A DNA stretch of 61,388 nt, filler included, from Malassezia furfur (taxonomy: Eukaryota), in assembly GCA_052055015.1 (NCBI GenBank). It is 2 parts of 2 records of this genome, joined end to end, with 100 filler letters (N's around TTAATTAATTAA, not from the genome) between each part and the next. Parts side by side here need not be neighbours in the genome. Positions count along the whole stretch, not along the records: positions 30,828 to 61,388 come from JBQJIT010000099.1; 1 more part is not named here. The stretch is one strand, 5' to 3'. Shown here piece after piece: positions 45,476 through 56,600 of the stretch (the stretch's first letter is position 1; each line of letters starts with the position of its first letter). Made by a program: the position numbers and the translations under genes. Below the pieces are notes generated by a model. The model had not been told where the DNA came from and did not search any database. It worked only from the letters and a program-made list of their open reading frames with translations.

Positions 45476-46614
45476 TCACGACCATGTGTTTCGCATAATC
45501 GTCATAATTGCCTCTTCGACATTGTCCGCGATAAGTGTTGGTTTGTGTGCCGGCGGACCTTCCACATCGCGAAACACACCCGTACGCACGAGAGCCGACG
45601 ACCAGCCAAAGTTGTTTGCGCCCATGATGTCCGATGCAGGGTTGTCGCCGATCATCCAGATGTTTTCTGGAGCAACGTGGATGTCATTGCCATTCGAAGC
45701 ACGGTTCAGCAACATTTGTAGAAGCTCATTGGCATATTCGTACGTCATTTGTTCGGGTTTTCCGAAGGTGATTGCGTTCATTTCGTCTCCGTCCGTGACA
45801 CGCTTGTACACAGCCTCGAGCGCCGTACGGAAAGCACCTTGCCCAAGGCGAGGGAGTGCAAAATCGTTACCCCACAGCAAATCGCCATGCGAGAAGTAGA
45901 TGGGAATCTTGCGCCGCTTCCGCAATTCTTCGTTGGTGATCATCGTGCCAAACACGCCCTGGTCCGAGCGCAGGATGTCCAGGCAGAATTGAATATCGCG
46001 GCCCCATTCACGACTGTCGTGAAATACAAAAATTGCTTCAAATTGGATCTTCGAGAAATCGGCGAGCCGCACGGCATCCTGCTGCTCAGGGTCAGGGTCC
46101 GCGTAAGGGAAAGAGGCAGGCGCATAGGCATGCAAATCAAATGCGGTGTACACTTGGTTGAAGCCATAACTGTGTCAGTGCATTTTACATACGACTCTAA
46201 GACAGAGCGAGAGCCACCAGGCGGCAGGTTGGGTCCTCCGATCATCAGGACGGGCTTGTCGGCGTAAAGTGATACCAACGACTGCATCACAGTGTGAGCC
46301 TGAATGACTTGCTCTGGCACGATTTTCTGCTGAAAATCATCCGACAGATCTAAAGCACGTTTTGCCTCTTCTTTTCCACCGCTGTTGGTGATGAATAGGT
46401 AAGGTACCTTTGTCTGCCAGGGATTATCACCCTCGAGCATCTTGAGTGTTCTCACAGCCTCAGGAAGCACGACCGAACCTTGCTTCAGTACACCATCAAT
46501 GTCGAACGCAATCGCAAGTGGAGTACGCTGCTTTGTAGTGGCAATCGTGCGCACCAGGTGCCTTGCGGATCCCAAACAGCGCACGCCCCGCAGACCACTC
46601 CGTAGAAGACTCAT
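45476..46614 (-). CDS. HAD-superfamily IIA hydrolase (CECR5/HDHD5-like), probably mitochondrial
   Basis: AFDIDGVL, ITNSGG, FGKP, MIGDNPASDI. 23-nt intron 46192-46170. Confidence 0.9.
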
Positions 46615-46745
46615 TAAGATACAACACCAAGGGTCGATTCGCCTGACGTAAGCGCTAAAGATCTGCGCACGGTCCCACGTGGACGGGCCACCGGGGCAAC
46701 CTAGGGTAGGGGGCTTGGCACTACGTTGAATCCACCATTGCCAAA

Positions 46746-47318
46746 ATGCTTCTCCGCTCGTACGCTCGCCCTGCTTCGCAATTCATGCGCTTGATGGCTC
46801 CGTCGGTGCAGCCTGTGCGCACCGTGACGTCGCTGAGCAAGACGATGTACACGGCGAAGGCGGAGTCGTCCGGTGGCGGTCGTAACGGCGTCGCTAAGCT
46901 TCGTGAGGAGGGCCCTTTGAAATTCCAGCTGGCCTTGCCCAAAGCGCTTGGTGGTAGCGGCGAAGGCCAGAACCCCGAGCAGTTTTTCGGTACGTTCCAT
47001 GCCTAACGTAGCCATGGGCTATTCTGCTTGCTTCTTGAGTGCGTTGAACAGCATTGCTCGTGGTCAGAAGTACAAGCTGCCCGAGGATGTTGAGGTGCAC
47101 GCAGATGTGAGCATCGGTGTGCCCGAAGGCTCGACGGGCTTTTCGCTTGCGGTGGAGCTCGTTGTGAAGGGCTCTTTCCCCGACTCTGACAAGACGACCG
47201 TTGAGAAACTGGTGCACGAGGCCCACCAAATGTGCCCCTACAGCCGCGCTACGTACGTTATTTTTCCATCCTCTCACACAGCCGCAACAACATTCCGGTG
47301 TCGGTGTCGGTGGCCTAA
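46746..47318 (+). CDS. ohr: Ohr/OsmC organic hydroperoxide reductase with mitochondrial-like presequence
   Basis: GGGRNG, NPEQFF, GYSACF, AHQMCPYSRAT. Introns 46990-47011 and 47253-47281. Confidence 0.92.
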
Positions 47319-47490
47319 GCGCACCGTGGTAGGCAAGTTCCGTAGTACACACCTACATTGCCACGTTCCCAGCACTTTGCTCCGCGTCCGCAGTCCACAT
47401 CCAGCGTGTAGTTGCTGCATTCGGTACCGGCAAAGCAGTGCAACGCAGTTGAGGTTTTCCTGACAGCGTGACGGCTGCCTATATATTAGA

Positions 47491-47801
47491 ATGCTGGGAC
47501 TAGGGACCATCTTCTATATGGCTTTGCTTTTAATTAATGCCATTGCGATCCTGAATGAAGAGCGCTTTCTGAACCGAGGTATGATGACAAGCTAACCGCA
47601 AGTGGGCTGGTCCAACAACTCCCGGTCGATGAGCTTCGACACTGACTCGGAAGCGGGGGTCAAAACGCGGCTCGTGAACTTAATAAGTGCTGTCCGTGTC
47701 TTGCTACGGAGTATGTCTGACTTGAACGTAAATCCCTTACAACAGTTCCGCTTATCGTCGTCAACATCCTTGTGATTATTTACGAGCTTATCCTAGGCTA
47801 A
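47491..47801 (+). CDS. YOS1: ER-Golgi trafficking protein Yos1/IER3IP1 (absent from ORF track)
   Basis: LLLINAIAILNEERFLNRVGW..KTRLVNLISAVRVLLRIPLIVVNILVIIYELILG after introns 47579-47602 and 47711-47745. Confidence 0.92.
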
Positions 47802-47948
47802 CAGTATGTAGTCTACCGTATCCAACGTCCGAGGTATGCCTGCCGTGCTGAGGCCTGACCCAGCGATGTAGGTGTGTGCCCGATCTAGCAGTGTTGGTTT
47901 GGGCCTCGGAACAGCGTATCGGGCGGGAATTTGTTAGGTTGAAAGTCT

Positions 47949-50900
47949 ATGTCGGAGGGTGTTGTTCCTAGAAACAACGTCACGTCCCAATACCTCAAAA
48001 TGGACGCCTATGCGCCAGACATGGCTGGCCCATCTGACGCCATGTACGAGCCTGATGCTAGACAGGTAAAACATAAGCGCACCGAGGCCAAGGAACATCG
48101 TCGCCGCAAGCGCCGCATGCAGCTGGCGGCAGCTCTCATTGAAGCTGACAACGATGAGATTCAACAGCGTATTGACTTTCTGGTGAACGTTGATCCGAGC
48201 TCAAAAGAGCTACTCAATAACGACTCGCTGCTGCCAAAGTATGCGAACCAAAGCATAATGTTTCATGGTGCCATTGACGCATCGGGCTGGCAGCACTACC
48301 CACGCCCAGTATACGTACATCCCCCTCAGTCCATGCGAAGCCTTACACAATCCTACCTTGGCATGGCGGGAAAGCTGGTTGGAGACGACTCAGGGGATCT
48401 GCACATTCTCGATGAAAGCACGGCTGCTGCACCCGAACCCACGTCAGTGGAAGAAGTTGCTCAAAATTTGTTGAGCATCAACTTACCTGACGAAGAGCTT
48501 GCCCCGAGCATGGAAAAGACATGGGATGCCGTGGAAGAAAAGGCCAGCAAGCGTCGACCCCAACTGCGAAATGCATCCTCGTTGCCCACCATACCCACTG
48601 TGGACAACCTTGATAATTCCCAAGACCTGTCGCTGGACACATCACAGATCAACCCAGAGACGCAGAGCCGAAGTGCCTTGCTTCTTGCACGAATTCGGAA
48701 GTCGCGCATTGTGTCAGACTCCAAGGCCTCGGAAGGTGATGTGAGCGCCGACTTGGATGATTCGCAGCAGGACAACAAGCCGGTGGAACAACAAGAGACA
48801 CAACATGACTCTGGGCCAGAACGACTTGAGCCACCAGTATCTCACGAATCCATTGAATCGTCTGACCCTGTCAGCGGTTCTCTTTCTGATCTTCAAGGAT
48901 TCCGTGCGAGAGTGCTCAAATCCCGACCTGACCGTCGCAGGTCGAGTCGGCGGCATTCGCTGGCCGTGTCTGGCTGGCCCGGGGAAGGGGCATCAAACGA
49001 GCTACTTCAGTCAGCGCAACCGGAGAGCGGGCCAGAAACCTATTCCGGGTTAACCACATTGCAGTTGCAGCGCCTTGCCCGAGGGGGAGAGGACGAGAAT
49101 AATAATGCGAATCATGGTGCGGACGGCACTGGGAATGAATCGATGCAAGCTATTGCCCCACTTCTTGCTCGACGCGCGTCGACACACCACAAAGATTTAT
49201 CGTCTTCGAAATGGACGAAACGTAAACATGGCCTGCGCGCACTTTTTCCCTTTGAACGGCGAAAACCGCCTAGTCAGGCCCGTATGGTCCAGGATGAACC
49301 GATGCTCCTTTTGGACGTATCTGAAGACCAGCCGGGTGCAACCAATGGACACACGATCCTAACGGAGCCGTCGCCGATTGTCGATCCAAAGCACACGGAA
49401 ACCTTTTCGGCGCCTCAACCGTACCAAGACGATGAGCTGGTGGGCGTCAGTTTGCAGACCCCCATTGTCGACCAACCTCCGCACCTAGAAGCTTCGCACC
49501 CTGTACATGAACCCGCTCCTGCATCCGCGAAGCTTCCCCAATACGAAACGCAACCCACCGACTCGTTCGAGCCCAACGAAGTCGCGCCTCCACCCCGTGC
49601 TCAGCGCATCACCTTCATTTGTATTCCAGCACCCTTGGAGCACATGCCGCGCGAATACCCACAAACCGCATTTTATGTTCCGCATGGAGCGTTTTATGTG
49701 GATGACCGAGGCGTTGTTCTCCCCCGCAACAAGACACAGAACGAGGCCCATTACGAACTGGACTTTGGACCCGTGGAGGTCCCTGCTGGCATTGGACGAC
49801 GTGTCTTGTATCCTACTACGGCTCTTTTCCGCAATGTGCTTGTGACACGAGATGAAGACCACGAAGGATGGGGTTTTGAACGATTCACAAATGCCCTGGC
49901 ATACTTTAGTGCATTGCATGCCGACGACGACGATTCGGACGACGAAGTGCCTCTTATGGACGTGCGCATTCAGACCAAAGAGGAGCAGCTTGCGCGGCGA
50001 CGCATCCACCGAGAGCGCGTTCGCCGAAAACGCGCACGTATGGAGCGACATCGCCTCCGCGAGCTCGCCAAACGCCAAGGAAAGCGCGCGTCAGTATTTG
50101 GCATTCCAGAGGAAAGCAGTGAGAGTGCATCTGACGGTGTATCCACTGACTATTCGAGCTTTAGCAGTGACGAGTCGGATCCTGAGCAGCTATGGAAAGA
50201 CGACCGCCGGCCGGCCGGTAAGCTTTATGGCAAGAGTCTGCTGGGCATGGCCAATGAGTACGACAGTCACAAACTGTCTAGGGTTCGCTTCTACGGCCAA
50301 AACCACACTAAGAATGTGCGACACAGTGCGCCCGGAGACGGGCTCAGCGGTTTTCACAACGACACGCGCGAGCGTATGGCCAAGGTGTTTGGTCCCCAGC
50401 CTCGCTGGATGAGTGACCTTGCGCGTCGCGATGCAGAGAATGCCACCGACCAGCTCAAAACCTTGTCGGTGGGCGGTACACCTCTCCTTGGCGAGCAGGA
50501 ACAAACCGACTTGTTGATGGAGCCAGGTGTCCAAGAGGGCATCATCTTCCCCTCAGTACATGACGCCCAAGAAGCCGAAGCTCGCGCGGCCGAGGAAGCT
50601 GACGATGTGGCTGTTGCTGCATGGCAAGACTCGTCATCGAGCGACGAAGAGCCCGAAGCGGACCGCAAATCGGCGCGATTCCAGCCAGAGAAACCGCGTT
50701 GGGAGGCCCAAGAAGAAGATGATTTGCCGCTCGACCAGCTGCGCCGCCGCTCGGCACCCGTACGCGCAAAGCCAACGATGGACGACTCGGACGATGAGCA
50801 GCCGTTGGGCAATCGACACCGCCAAGCGGCGATCATCGCCGAAAACCAGGCCTTGATCCGGCAGCTCATGGAGGAGAATCGGCAAGTGCGGATGTCGCTC

Positions 50901-52208
50901 CAGATGCTTACGTCGGCTCCATACGTCATGCCATGGATGCCACCGCAGCTTCCAGGGCAGTTTGCGCCCATGCCTCATTTCGATGAGGATGCGCCGCTGC
51001 TGGGCGACGAGGTGCAGGACGTGGGTATCATGGCATCCAACGACGCTGCTGCTTTGACCCATTACGGCACAACTCCCGTGGCTCAGAGCAAGGAGTACTT
51101 TGACGCCATGCGCAGCTCGATGTATTCGAGCGAGGCTCCTATGCCCATGGACATGAATTCTGGCCTGGGCCTCATGACTACGCACGATCCGAATGGTCAG
51201 GCGGAGCAGGCCGATGGTGTTGCGCCCTTGTACGATGGCAGAGAGGACCACTATATCCCTGAAGACCTTAACGAGGAGCATTGGGATGCCCACCTCGGGC
51301 TGCCATGGTCTCAAGAGCAACCGACCCGGTCTGAGGCGATGCACGGCGAGAACGCCCAGGGCACTCACGTCAACCAAGACGAAGGGCACCACTACGACCC
51401 AGCCTGGTCACATTCGCAACATGACTACGAGCCAGAGGCGTATGGACATGGGCAGTATTACACACAAGGCGACGATGGGCAACATTATGCGTACGACCAG
51501 GAGCAATATGCTTATCCTACCAATGAACATGGCCAATATGCCTACAATGCCGAGGAGCAAGAGCAGTACGCTTATACCGGCGAGCAGGACCAGTACGCAT
51601 ACGATGTCAACGAGCACGAGCAGTATGCATATCATGCCGGTGAGCAAAGAGGATATGCATATAACGGCAATGAGCACGACCAGTATGCCTACCAAACCGG
51701 CGAGCAGGAGCAGTATGCGTACAATGCCGATGAGCTTGGGCAGTACGCATACCAAGACGAGCACGAAACGTATGCATACACCGGCAAGGATGGCCAGTAT
51801 GGATACAATGCCGACGAGCATGTGGATCATGGTGATGGCTATTACGACCAGCAAAATGAGCCCGCTCAGTACGAATGGGAGAATCAGCATCCGAACGGCT
51901 ATAACGCATACGGAGAGGCAAATGGCGAGGAAACAATGCGCAGAAACTCCACTGAGTCCTTCCCAAATCCCTACCCCGAGCAATCTGCCGCTGCATACCC
52001 TGGAGAACTCGCACCTCAGCCCTGGGATGCACATGCCCTGCACCGCGAAGTCTCTGAGTGGCTTGCTGCACCCGAGTTGCGCACTGCTGCGGACATCAAG
52101 GGGCCTCGCTTTGAAGAACTTGCCGATCTGTCGCACACAGAGCAAGGGGCGACGGCACAGCCGACCGCCGAATCGGACCTACTCGATCTTTACTCGACAG
52201 AGATGTAG
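47949..52208 (+). CDS. Large, mostly disordered acidic protein of unknown function (1419 aa)
   Basis: Uninterrupted 4.26-kb ORF in a low-GC region, with repeated acidic-xPL motifs and a Tyr-rich tandem repeat. Confidence 0.8.
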   Translation: MSEGVVPRNNVTSQYLKMDAYAPDMAGPSDAMYEPDARQVKHKRTEAKEHRRRKRRMQLAAALIEADNDEIQQRIDFLVNVDPSSKELLNNDSLLPKYANQSIMFHGAIDASGWQHYPRPVYVHPPQSMRSLTQSYLGMAGKLVGDDSGDLHILDESTAAAPEPTSVEEVAQNLLSINLPDEELAPSMEKTWDAVEEKASKRRPQLRNASSLPTIPTVDNLDNSQDLSLDTSQINPETQSRSALLLARIRKSRIVSDSKASEGDVSADLDDSQQDNKPVEQQETQHDSGPERLEPPVSHESIESSDPVSGSLSDLQGFRARVLKSRPDRRRSSRRHSLAVSGWPGEGASNELLQSAQPESGPETYSGLTTLQLQRLARGGEDENNNANHGADGTGNESMQAIAPLLARRASTHHKDLSSSKWTKRKHGLRALFPFERRKPPSQARMVQDEPMLLLDVSEDQPGATNGHTILTEPSPIVDPKHTETFSAPQPYQDDELVGVSLQTPIVDQPPHLEASHPVHEPAPASAKLPQYETQPTDSFEPNEVAPPPRAQRITFICIPAPLEHMPREYPQTAFYVPHGAFYVDDRGVVLPRNKTQNEAHYELDFGPVEVPAGIGRRVLYPTTALFRNVLVTRDEDHEGWGFERFTNALAYFSALHADDDDSDDEVPLMDVRIQTKEEQLARRRIHRERVRRKRARMERHRLRELAKRQGKRASVFGIPEESSESASDGVSTDYSSFSSDESDPEQLWKDDRRPAGKLYGKSLLGMANEYDSHKLSRVRFYGQNHTKNVRHSAPGDGLSGFHNDTRERMAKVFGPQPRWMSDLARRDAENATDQLKTLSVGGTPLLGEQEQTDLLMEPGVQEGIIFPSVHDAQEAEARAAEEADDVAVAAWQDSSSSDEEPEADRKSARFQPEKPRWEAQEEDDLPLDQLRRRSAPVRAKPTMDDSDDEQPLGNRHRQAAIIAENQALIRQLMEENRQVRMSLQMLTSAPYVMPWMPPQLPGQFAPMPHFDEDAPLLGDEVQDVGIMASNDAAALTHYGTTPVAQSKEYFDAMRSSMYSSEAPMPMDMNSGLGLMTTHDPNGQAEQADGVAPLYDGREDHYIPEDLNEEHWDAHLGLPWSQEQPTRSEAMHGENAQGTHVNQDEGHHYDPAWSHSQHDYEPEAYGHGQYYTQGDDGQHYAYDQEQYAYPTNEHGQYAYNAEEQEQYAYTGEQDQYAYDVNEHEQYAYHAGEQRGYAYNGNEHDQYAYQTGEQEQYAYNADELGQYAYQDEHETYAYTGKDGQYGYNADEHVDHGDGYYDQQNEPAQYEWENQHPNGYNAYGEANGEETMRRNSTESFPNPYPEQSAAAYPGELAPQPWDAHALHREVSEWLAAPELRTAADIKGPRFEELADLSHTEQGATAQPTAESDLLDLYSTEM
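51483..51806 (+). repeat. Coding tandem repeat, about 12 copies of a 7-10 aa unit (E-H/Q-x-QYAY)
   Basis: Repeated CAGTAYGCNTAY cores, mostly at a 27-30 nt period. Confidence 0.85.
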
Positions 52209-52215
52209 ATGTACA

Positions 52216-52968
52216 TTATGTTTTCGCAATGCATGGGACCTGAACGATCCGGTCGCCCTGGGTACCAGCCCCGTCCACCTCGGGAAAGTGGTTAAACAGT
52301 GGCACGAGATGGGACATGATGCGCACCTTTCCGGGAAGTTGATGATGCGTCACGCGTGCACTTGTGGAAGGCGTGGAGAAGAAGAGCGTGACGCCATGGT
52401 CGTGCACAACACACGCAGGCAGAACGCCGTAGCCCGCATCAATGCGGGGGAAAGCGTCGTCATGCTTAGGATCAAACCAGAAGCCCAAGACTGACTGTGG
52501 GATCGCCAGGGAAACGCTTTCTGTACCAATCCAGTTCATTGTGTGCAGCTCACGGAGAAATGTCTGGCCGATTTGCTTTCCCACAAAGCAAACAACCTTG
52601 GGTTGGTACGTGCGCACTTTCTCAATCAGCTCGGGCACGCCCGCGGCAAGTTCTGACTTGGTCAGCTGCTCACTGCGGGCTGTTGGCCTGTGTGCGAGGT
52701 TGGTGAGGCCTAATTTGTAGGGCTCTTGCAGTGGGAACGACCAGTCGTCCGTCGGCGCGAGCCTTTCGGACGTCAGACCCGACTGATGCACGCACGTATA
52801 GAAATGGTTGGAGCGGTGCGCGTAATGCCGCTGCTGTGCACCCGACTCGGCACCCGGATTGATGCCACAGAACAAGACATCCAGACCATTGGCAAGGTAG
52901 TCTGGTACGCGCTGGGCACTCGGAGCGAAAAAGCGCGACGCAACCACCCGGCGTGGCGCGCGCACCAT
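52216..52968 (-). CDS. Mismatch-specific uracil/thymine DNA glycosylase (MUG/TDG family)
   Basis: VLFCGINPG, HYAHRSNHFY, GLTNL, PSTSAR. Confidence 0.9.
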   Translation of the reverse strand: MVRAPRRVVASRFFAPSAQRVPDYLANGLDVLFCGINPGAESGAQQRHYAHRSNHFYTCVHQSGLTSERLAPTDDWSFPLQEPYKLGLTNLAHRPTARSEQLTKSELAAGVPELIEKVRTYQPKVVCFVGKQIGQTFLRELHTMNWIGTESVSLAIPQSVLGFWFDPKHDDAFPRIDAGYGVLPACVVHDHGVTLFFSTPSTSARVTHHQLPGKVRIMSHLVPLFNHFPEVDGAGTQGDRIVQVPCIAKT

Positions 52969-52993
52969 CGAAGTGGAGGTACCTGGACCCACG

Positions 52994-53612
52994 ATGTTCG
53001 CTTCGCGGGTGGTGCGCACGCCTTGTGTACGGTTTGTGCGCAATGTGCAGAAATCGATGTAAGTGACTTGCTCACCCAGGCTCGAAATCGGCGGACATGA
53101 CTCGCACAACACAGCGAACCTGTCGGTGCTCAAAGCGCGTCCCGGCCGTATCGAAGGCGAGTTTGCGATCGGCAAGGAGAATTGTAGGTCGTGCTGCTGA
53201 CGCAGTGAACCGCGCCGGAACGCTCCATGGCGGTCTCATTATGACGCTCGTTGACTCGGTTGGATCGCTCGCTGTCGCTTCTAAGGGCTGGTACAATACA
53301 GGGATCTCGACTGACATCAACGCGACCTTTGTTAAGCCCGGCGGGCGCATGGGCGACAAGGTCACCGTTCTGGGCGAGGTCGTTGGCATGGGTACGTTTT
53401 GTGCACTCACGCAGGCAAGACACTCGCGTACACGCGCATCGAGTTGCGCGATCCCAAGACGCAGGCCATCCTCGGTTTGTCACTACGTGCTAACCGCAGC
53501 CTACGGCAGTCACACCAAATTCATCCGCATGGCGTTTGGGTCAAAGGAAAACGTAGAATTTGACGAGTCCGGTGAGAAGGTCGTGCAGGGCACGCTTCCG
53601 GAGGGCGTGTGA
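52994..53612 (+). CDS. Hotdog-fold acyl-CoA thioesterase (ACOT13/PaaI-like)
   Basis: LNRAGTLHGG..TLVDSVGS, GISTDI, GKTLAYT, AYGSHTKF. Introns 53059-53079, 53184-53205, 53392-53414, 53475-53499. Confidence 0.9.
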
Positions 53613-56600
53613 CTAGGGCTGCGTCACCCAGCGCCCCTGCTCGTAGCGCTGCTTGGCAGTGATGGCCGGTAGTTCCCAACCCAGTCCCTGTCCCGCCCCG
53701 CCGTCCTCCATCGCGCCCCCGTACCGCGGCGTGAGCAAGACGTCGCGCTCGAGCACCCCGCTTAAACCTTTTTTGCTTTCGCGTATCGAGGTCGCCAGTT
53801 TCCCAAGCGTCGCCGAGGGCTGTGCCTCGGTCGGCTGCGAAAAGGTGCACAGAGTGCGGCCGAGCTTGGGCAGCCACGCGGGGTTGATGCGTGTGAGCAT
53901 CTTGAGCCACACCTTGGGCGCTGGCGCCTCATCCTCCTCGGCAGCCGCATACTTCGGCGTGCTCTGGTGCAGTTCGCCAAACACGACCCACTCGGGCGGC
54001 GGGCGGTGGAAGAAGGTCGAACTCATGTGGATGTACACAGGCCCTTGAACGCCCAGCGCCACGTATGGAACGTGGCGCGTGCTTGCGAGCTTGCTGCCCC
54101 GCGCCGCAGGCGTGTTTTCCGCCTCAGGTGCACCAACGACATCGGCACGGACCGCGACACGGTCAATATAGATCGCCGCGAGGAGCTGACGGAGCACTTT
54201 GCACTGCACCGCGGACGGTGGCGCTAGTGACGGATCGAGTAGACGCCGTTCCTCGGCATCCGAGATGCCGCTCAAGTTCGCAAGCATGATCTGCCCTAGC
54301 TGTGCACGGAGCTGGTGGATCTCTTCCATGGCCTTGCGGCGCACAAAATGCGATTGGCAGAATGCCGAGGCAGCGCCTTGGGCGGCCTCGTGCGCGTAGG
54401 CGCCGACAACGCTCAGTAGACGGAAGGCATCACTCTGGCCCTCACCGAGCGCGTCAAAGACGCGCATTGCGCCATAGTAGGCTGCGCGCGCCTTGCGGCG
54501 CACCTCTTTGATCTCGGCAGGGTCCATGTCAGGCGGCACATCAGGCGTCCGATCCTCGCGCTCGAATACGTCGCCGACGCTCAACGCCGCGACCAAGGCG
54601 GCAGCATACGGCAGACACCCCTGCTGGTTGCCCTGGGCGAGCAGTTTGGCGTACCGCGGAAGCACGGGGAACAGCGCCATGACGCGACCCAAGGCGGTGA
54701 TTGACGCGTGCAGATCGCGCCGGCCACCGGCATGGCGAGCCTCGGCGGCCTCCAGGGCACCGAGGTGGACGAGTGTGCGCTCAGCGCGACGCAATGCGTC
54801 GCGCTCGGGCGCGGTGGGGAAGGGGAAGTTGGCGACGTTGTCAATGTTCATGGCCTTCATTTGCAGCACAAGCCCTTCGACCGGTGTGCGCAAAATTTCC
54901 GGCACACTAAACGGAGGGAATACTTCCTCGTACACTGCCGACGAGTACAGCCGGTAGCAGTGACCGGGGCCTGTACGCCCTGCACGACCTGCCCGCTGCG
55001 CCGCCGATGCCTTGCTGATCCATGTGATGTTGTACGACTGCACCTGGCTCCTCGAGTCCAAATGGCGCTCCTTGGCGCGGCCCGTATCGACGACGTACTT
55101 GATATTGGGAATCGTGATCGAGGTCTCGGCGACGTTGGTCGCGACAACAACCAGTCGCGTATTCTCCGGGGGGTCTTCAAACACGCGCTGCTGCTCCTCG
55201 TTGGGCAGCAACGAGTAGAGCGGCAGGATGTGCATCGGCATCGACGATGGTTCCAGCATACCGAGCTCGTCGTCCGCCTCTCCCTCGTCGTCGTCATCGT
55301 CCGTATCGAGTGCCTCGGGATCCGCTTCCACGTCCTCCGGCTCGTCCATGGCCGGCAGCGCATCGGTGCCGAGTTCGACGTCCTCGGCCTCGAGGGCAAC
55401 GTTGCGCGCCGAGAGCGCCTGTGTGCGCGCCGGTATACGTTGTGCCGCTTTGCGTGCGATCGCATCGGCGCCGTATCGCTGCTGCAGTTTGCGGCACACC
55501 AGCATCACCTCCTGTTGGCCCGTGACAAAAATGAGAATCCCGCCGTGAGGCAGCCGCGCGTGGATCTTGGACGCCTTCTTGATGGCCTCTGTGACGTAGT
55601 CCTGCACGGTGCGGCGGTTAAAGTGGATTGCCACGGGGTGCTGCCTCGCTCCAATCTGGATCAGCGGAGGTGGTGTAGGGAAGAGCGTGGTGTTCTGCGT
55701 AAAGTCACCCACACGCAGCGTTGCGCTCATGATCACCAGGCGCAGCGGACGCGGGGATGCGAGACCCAGCTCGCCACTCGCCCACCGCTGCTCGCGCAGG
55801 CGCACAACACGGCTCAGCATGCCGATCAGCACGTCGGTGTTGACGCTGCGCTCGTGCGCCTCGTCGACCACAATCACGCTGTACTTGGTCAAGAGCAAGT
55901 CTTGTGCCAGCTCACGCAACAGCACACCGTCCGTCATAAACTTGATCTGCGTGTGGGGACCGGTGGTTGCGTCGTACCGAATCTGGTGCGCCACGCGGTG
56001 CGAGTCCAGGCCCAGCTCATGGGCTACACGTTTGGCCATACTCACAGCGGCGACACGGCGCGGCTGCGTGACGCCAATCATACCAGGATTCGCTGCGTAA
56101 GTGGGGATGACATACCGCTCCCGGCTGTGGCGTAGGCAGCCTCGTACAAGAATTGGGGGATCTGGGTCGTTTTCCCGCTGCCTGTTTCACCACACAGCAC
56201 CGTCACCGGGTTTTCGTTGATGGTGCGCACGACGAGGTCTTCTTCCGCAACCACCGGCAGCGCCATGCGTGCCGCCTGTAGTGCCTCGTCGCGCTGGACC
56301 GGGACGTGACGGACGGGCGCTTGGGTTGCACGGAAATGCGCCTCTTCGTCGAAGAACCGCTTTGCAAACGACGACTTGGAGGCGGGCGACGCAACGTCTC
56401 GGCCTAGCGGACCACGCGCCTTGCCGTCCTGCGGGCCCAAGTCCCGCACACGCACGACGTGACCACCCACCGGCTGTAATTCGTGCCCGTCGGTGTCAAA
56501 ATCAGGACGCGCAAGGTGCATGGCCTCCATAGCCCACTGCTTGAAGGCCTTGGTGCGAGCCGACTCGCCGAGACCCCAGCGCTTGGACTGGGGTGCATCG

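Noticed and set aside
47834..47863. Intron-like GTATGC..CTGACCCAG upstream of the 1419-aa ORF
   Set aside because: Possibly a 5' UTR intron, but there is no reading-frame evidence to test it.
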